DNA of 61,867 bases, filler included, from Chthonomonadaceae bacterium (lineage in GTDB: Bacteria > Armatimonadota > Chthonomonadetes > Chthonomonadales > Chthonomonadaceae): the NCBI GenBank assembly GCA_035650735.1. It is 4 parts of 4 records of this genome, joined end to end, with 100 filler letters (N's around TTAATTAATTAA, not from the genome) between each part and the next. Parts side by side here need not be neighbours in the genome. Positions count along the whole stretch, not along the records: positions 56,089 to 61,867 come from DASRGZ010000034.1; 3 more parts are not named here. One strand, written 5' to 3'. Below the pieces are notes generated by a model that saw only the letters and a list, made by a program, of their open reading frames with translations, searched no databases and was not told the origin of the DNA. The translations under genes were made by a program, and so were the position numbers. Below are positions 57,053 to 61,867 of the stretch, in pieces (position 1 is the first letter of the stretch; each line of letters begins with the position of its first letter).

Positions 57053-58056
57053 TCATGATTTTCCTGCCGACTGCGCGACCGGCGCCGCCGCAGGTGTATC
57101 CCTCTCCACAGCCCTGCAAACTGCCTGGCCCGTAACTTCTATTTCCTGCGCCGGCTTGCGCCAGATGGCGATCAGATTGACGGACAGGAGCTCCTCATCG
57201 GCGTAGTCCTGAAGTTCGCCGTTGGCCCGGATGCGGCTCAACTCGGCGCTCAGGCGCTCATGCAATTCCTGATGGAATCCATCAGTCTCAAACTGCACGC
57301 CGGGCATGTGCTCCTGAAAGAGACGATGCCACTCCGCCAGACGCAGCTCGTTAAGGTAGGCGTTGGGCTGTACCTTTTCTCTGTGCTGCGGGCGCAGATG
57401 CGCCCAATAGGGAGGCCGCTGCGGATCGTCGGCGAAAACGCGGGGGTCGTGGCAGCCGCCCTCGCTGGTGTACAGGTGCAAACTAATATAGCACGCGCCG
57501 CCGGGCCGTAAAACCCGCACAATTTCTTGAATCGCCGCGTCGGGCTTAGGGATATGCTCGAAGACCGCAAACGTGTAGACGAAATCGAAGCTCGCATCGG
57601 GAAATGCCATCCGAGCCGCGTCCATTTGCCGCAGCGAGGTGGAGGGGAAACGCCGAATCCCCAACTGTTTTTTGAGCTCCCGGGCGGCCAGGGCATCCAG
57701 GCCCAGGCATTTGCGCGCCAGGGTTTTGATCATGCGCGTCGGCCCATTGCGCCGCAGCATGGCCAGATAGGCACTCAGGCTAAAGCCCCGCGCGATCACG
57801 TCCAGATCGATCCCCACGACCCGGTTCTTTACGCCGAAAAAGGCCATCTCTGTGCTGCCCTGGCCCGGCCCAATAATCAGCACGTCCCGTTCCTCCAGGC
57901 GCAGGCCGATATACCGAGCCACGCGCTGTTCGACGCTCTGCAGGAACTGGATCGCGCCGCGCACCTGGTTAGCAAGGTCACGCGTATGGATCCGGTACAG
58001 CGGGCCTCGCGTACAAGCGCAATCATCCCCTTAGACGCAAAGGTGTAGGTTTTCAT
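57053..58056 (-). CDS. Class I SAM-dependent methyltransferase, probable frameshift near 58003
   Basis: VLIIGPGQG, MDAARMAFPDASFD, FEHIP, RVLRPGG; GGAGGA + ATG 58056 is out of frame with the main ORF (57053-57964). Confidence 0.8.
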
Positions 58057-58369
58057 GGGGACTTCCTCCCGGGGTGCGCGCGCCTCCGCCAGAGGGAAAG
58101 GGCGCTTCTAGGAAAGCTTGGAGAGGGCTTCCGGCCTTACATACGTTCTACCTGAGCAAAATACCTGCTGCAAGAAGTATGCCAATACTGACAAAAAAGC
58201 GTGCCTTCTCTTGCGCTTCCACGACAATCGTTCGGGGTGCTCCCCGGCAGGCCCGGCCTCGGGCCAATTTGCATCGGTTTGCGGGGCATACAGAAGGAAC
58301 AAGAGGCTCGCGCGGCCAAAAGAGAAGCGTACGCGCACATAATTCCCACGAAGGAAAGGGCAGACAACG

Positions 58370-59287
58370 ATGGCAACTCTGGAACAGCGCCTCCTGGGCC
58401 GCCGCACCGGTTTGAATGTGACTGTGCTCGGCTATGGCGCTATGGAGATTCGCGGCCCCCGTATCTGGGGAGGGCGTCCCGTCACCGATCAGCAGGCGGA
58501 AACTATCTTGAATGCGGTGCTTGACGCAGGCATTAATTTCATTGATACCGCCAACGACTACGGACGCAGCGAGGAGTTCATCGGCAAGTACCTGAGCAAA
58601 CGCCGGGGAGAGTTCTACATCGCCACCAAGTGCGGCTGCAGAGTCACCTACAAGGACGAGCATACTGACGAGACGCCGCACGTGTGGACGCGGGAGAACC
58701 TGTTTCGCGGCCTGCATGAGAGCCTGGAGCGCCTGAAGACCGACTACATAGACATCATGCAGCTGCATAACCCCAGCGTGGAGCAGGTGGAGCAGGGCGA
58801 CCTGGTGGCGGCATTGCAGGAGATGCAGCAGCAGGGCAAGGTGCGCTTTATCGGCTGCTCCTCTACCTTGCCCCATATTACCACCTACATTCAGTGGGGC
58901 GTCTTCGATGTGTTTCAGATCCCCTACTCCGCTCTGGAGCGCCAGCATGAGAACGTGATCACGCAGGCGGCGCAGGCGGGCGCGGGCATCATTGACCGGG
59001 GCGGCGTGGCGCGCGGCGAACCCGGCGTGGGCCTGGGCAGCCAGGATCGGTGGAAGAAATACGAGCAGGCCAACCTGGATGAGCTGCGCGCGCCCGGCGA
59101 GTCGCGCACGGCGTTCCTACTGCGCTTCCTAATCTCGCACCCGGGGATTAGCACTACCATCGTCGGCACGCTGCATCCGGAGCACCTACAGGAGAACGTC
59201 GCTGCCGCCGAGAAAGGCCCGCTGCCTCCCGACGTCTACGCGGAGGCCAAGCGCCGCCTGGATGCCGTAGGAGAAAAACCGGCATAG
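58370..59287 (+). CDS. Aldo/keto reductase
   Basis: LGYGAM, GINFIDTANDYG, IATKCG, SLERLKTDYIDIMQLH. Confidence 0.93.
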   Translation: MATLEQRLLGRRTGLNVTVLGYGAMEIRGPRIWGGRPVTDQQAETILNAVLDAGINFIDTANDYGRSEEFIGKYLSKRRGEFYIATKCGCRVTYKDEHTDETPHVWTRENLFRGLHESLERLKTDYIDIMQLHNPSVEQVEQGDLVAALQEMQQQGKVRFIGCSSTLPHITTYIQWGVFDVFQIPYSALERQHENVITQAAQAGAGIIDRGGVARGEPGVGLGSQDRWKKYEQANLDELRAPGESRTAFLLRFLISHPGISTTIVGTLHPEHLQENVAAAEKGPLPPDVYAEAKRRLDAVGEKPA

Positions 59288-59338
59288 CCCTCACCCCCTC
59301 CCCTCTCCCGGCAGGCTGAACCCTGCCGCTGTGGGGCT

Positions 59339-59424
59339 CTGCTAGGGTCGGAACTGCGCACGCTCGACTGCCAGGGACGCCGCTCAACGGTTCGCGGCTC
59401 TGCCTGGCGATATCCGCCTAGCGA
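59339..59424. repeat. Modular palindromic repeat, inverted copy of part of 39098-39266
   Basis: CTGCTAGGGTCGGAACTGCGCACGCTCGACTGCCAGGGACGCCGCTCAACGGTTCGCGGCTC is the reverse complement of sequence at about 39155-39216. Confidence 0.78.
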
Positions 59425-59529
59425 GGCCCTCTGCCTGCCTACGCAGGCAGGCAGAGGAGAGAAGTCGGGTCACCCCCTTCCCTTGTAGGGAAGGGGGCCG
59501 GGGGGTTAGGTCAAAAAGGAAACGTAACG

Positions 59530-60216
59530 ATGCTCACAGAACCGATGCCCGCCGAACTGCTGGACTACGCCACCGCGCTCTTTGCGCCGGAAGATGCCGC
59601 CCTGGCCCTGCTGACTCAGGCCGCGCACGCTGCCGGAATGCCGCCCGGTTGGGAGATCACTCCGGATGTGGGGCGGCTGTTCCAACTGCTGTGCCGGGCT
59701 GTGGGCGCGCGGCGCGTGCTGGAGTTCGGGACTCTGGCAGGCCACAGCGCGCTGTGGTTCGCCCGCGCCCTGCCGGAAGACGGCAAGGTGATCTCCGTTG
59801 AACTTAGCCCGGAATATGCCGCCGTGGCGCGGGCGGCTCTGGCGGAGGCGGGCGTCGGGGCCAGGGTCGAGGTGCGCGTTGGGGCAGCCCTGGAGATGCT
59901 GCCGGAGCTGGAGCAGGAGGTGCAGGCGGGCGGCCCGCCCTTCGACGTCATCTTCCTGGATGCGGACAAGGCCCACTACCCGGAGTTTCTGGACTGGTCG
60001 GTGGGCGTGCTGCGGCCCGGCGGCCTGCTGCTGGCCGACAACGTCCTGCGCTCCGGCTCCTGGCACGGCCAGACGCTCCTCGACCCTGCCGCCGACGATC
60101 CGCGCATCCTCGCCATCCGCGAGTTCAACCGCCGCCTGGCCGCGCATCCCCAGTTTGTCTCTCTCATCGTGCCCATGCGCGCCGGCGTCGCCGTCGGACT
60201 CTTCCAGCCAGAATAA
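59530..60216 (+). CDS. O-methyltransferase (caffeoyl-CoA OMT/YrrM-like)
   Basis: VLEFGTLAGHS, FDVIFLDADK, GGLLLADNV. Confidence 0.9.
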   Translation: MLTEPMPAELLDYATALFAPEDAALALLTQAAHAAGMPPGWEITPDVGRLFQLLCRAVGARRVLEFGTLAGHSALWFARALPEDGKVISVELSPEYAAVARAALAEAGVGARVEVRVGAALEMLPELEQEVQAGGPPFDVIFLDADKAHYPEFLDWSVGVLRPGGLLLADNVLRSGSWHGQTLLDPAADDPRILAIREFNRRLAAHPQFVSLIVPMRAGVAVGLFQPE

Positions 60217-60361
60217 ACCACCCGCTGCGCTAGAGACACGGAGACACGGAGGCGGCACGGAGAAAGCCAAAAGCCGTTTCAATCAGGGCTATTCCGTTCT
60301 TGATCAACAGGATTTCTGGGCTGACGTGCCGAACTGATTTCCAGGTTATCTATTAGGAGGG

Positions 60362-60443
60362 GGTAATCGCTCCCAACGGTGTTGACGTATCTCCTCAGCA
60401 GCAGGCTGCGTGAGATTGATCCACACGGCTGGGAGTGTCTACC
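60362..60443 (-). mobile_element. 82-bp MITE, copy 5
   Basis: Reverse orientation; 8-bp direct repeat TAGGAGGG, which is the SD region of the next gene. Confidence 0.88.
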
Positions 60444-60458
60444 TAGGAGGGGGCGCAG

Positions 60459-61361
60459 GTGAAAATACTGATTACCGGGGCGCGCGGAAATTTCTGCTCC
60501 ATTCTTATCCACCTCCTTGCTGCCGAGGAGCATCAGCTTGTGCTGCTGGACCTGGAGCCGATGGACGCGCCGGAAGGCAGCGTCAGCGTGCAGGCCGATA
60601 TCCGCGACGCGGGCGCGGTCATGCACGCCATGCAGGGATGTGAGGCCGTCATTCACGCGGTAGCCTATCACGGCAATATGGCCGCTTCCCGCAATTACGA
60701 CGATTACTACGGGGTCAACGTCACCGGCACGCATAACGTCCTGCGCGCCATGCTCATCAACGGGGTACGGTATCTGGTCTTCTCGTCCAGCGAGGTCGTC
60801 TATGGCGACGGGATGCGCGGTCGGCGCGTGATGGATGAGAACGTTCCCTGCATCCCCACCCACATCTATCCGCTGACGAAGGTGCTGGGCGAGGAGATGT
60901 GCCGCTTCTACGCGCGCAAGCACGCTTTTCATATCGCCATCCTGCGCTACGGCTGCTTTGTCCCGGCCGACTGGAAGGTGGCGGGTCTGGGGCGGCTCAA
61001 CAACTGGCTGGACGCCGAAGACGTCGCGCAGGCCAACCATCTGGCGCTGGGCGCTGTGATAGCCGAAGAATTCTCCTGTGAGCCTTTCCTTATCCACTGC
61101 GCCAAGCCGTTTCAGGATGAGGACTGGCCGGACCTGGCGACCAACCCGGCTCCGGTCATCGAGCGCTACTATCCCGGCGCGGTGGAACTGCTGGCCAGAC
61201 ACGGCCTGACCGTGCCTCCCATCCTTACCCGCTTCGACATCAGCAAGGCCAGTTCCATGCTTGGCTACGAGCCCCAGCATAACTTCGACCAATTCCTCGC
61301 CCGACTCCGCGAGGAAGAAGCACACCACAAGGAGGCAACGACATGGAATACCGCGCCCTAG
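60459..61361 (+). CDS. NAD-dependent epimerase/dehydratase
   Basis: ILITGARGN, NVTGT, FSSSEVVYG, YPLTK. Confidence 0.9.
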   Translation: MKILITGARGNFCSILIHLLAAEEHQLVLLDLEPMDAPEGSVSVQADIRDAGAVMHAMQGCEAVIHAVAYHGNMAASRNYDDYYGVNVTGTHNVLRAMLINGVRYLVFSSSEVVYGDGMRGRRVMDENVPCIPTHIYPLTKVLGEEMCRFYARKHAFHIAILRYGCFVPADWKVAGLGRLNNWLDAEDVAQANHLALGAVIAEEFSCEPFLIHCAKPFQDEDWPDLATNPAPVIERYYPGAVELLARHGLTVPPILTRFDISKASSMLGYEPQHNFDQFLARLREEEAHHKEATTWNTAP

Positions 61362-61867
61362 GCCGCACCGGCGCGCAGGTGAGCGTCTGGTGCTTGGGGG
61401 CAATGACTTTTGGCTGGAAGACAGACCAGGAGGAAGCCATCCGCATGGTGGACCGCTTCCTCGATCAGGGCGGCAACTTCCTTGATACCGCCAACGTCTA
61501 CTCGCGCGGCCAGAGCGAAGTTATGGTCGGCAACGCCCTCAAGCGAGATGGCAAGCGCGAGAAGGTCTTCCTCGCCACCAAAGTACACGGCAAAATGGCC
61601 GACGACGACCCTAACGCCTGGGGCAACACGCGCTTCCACATCCTCAAGGCGTGCGAGGACAGCCTGCGCCGCCTCCAGACCGACCATATTGACCTCTACC
61701 AGATCCATCGCCCGCAGTCCTCCGTGCCCATTGACGAGACCCTGCGCGCCCTGGACGACCTCATCCGGCAGGGCAAGGTGCGCTATATCGGCACCAGCAC
61801 CTTCGCCGCCTGGCAGGTCGTCGAAAGCCTCTGGGCCTCTAAGGAATTGGGCCTGAACCGCTTTGTC
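61343..61867 (+). CDS. Aldo/keto reductase (partial, runs off the window)
   Basis: AAGGAGG + ATG 61343: MEYRALGRTGAQVSVWCLGAMTFG...DTANVY...SLRRLQTDHIDLYQIH. Confidence 0.92.
   Translation, partial: MEYRALGRTGAQVSVWCLGAMTFGWKTDQEEAIRMVDRFLDQGGNFLDTANVYSRGQSEVMVGNALKRDGKREKVFLATKVHGKMADDDPNAWGNTRFHILKACEDSLRRLQTDHIDLYQIHRPQSSVPIDETLRALDDLIRQGKVRYIGTSTFAAWQVVESLWASKELGLNRFV

Overview
GC-rich bacterial sequence made of four contigs joined by artificial 100-nt spacers (N44-TTAATTAATTAA-N44 at 29419-29518, 38923-39022, 55989-56088), so adjacency across the spacers means nothing. The style of the prepilin/DUF1559-type gene suggests Armatimonadota or a similar PVC-like lineage (inference). Housekeeping genes are gltB/gltD, lepA, leuS, mscL, a DapL-like aminotransferase, a PHP histidinol phosphatase, an M16 peptidase pair and several oxidoreductases. 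Accessory content includes IS701, IS3 remnants, PIN toxin-antitoxin genes, a TPR-CHAT protease, a Ycf46-like AAA ATPase and a modular subtilase. The best observations not shown by the ORF track are: (1) a secreted HMA-like protein with an in-frame UGA in a UxxC motif followed by a bacterial SECIS-like hairpin, a candidate selenoprotein (45936-46367); (2) a complete Leu-rich leader-peptide transcription attenuator upstream of leuS; (3) an 82-bp hairpin MITE in five copies, each with its own perfect 8-bp target duplication; (4) a lower-GC HEPN + retropepsin + paired small-protein cassette inserted between gltB and gltD; (5) a structured, terminator-containing gltB leader, a GEMM-like RNA upstream of a pilin, and a family of modular nested palindromic repeats.
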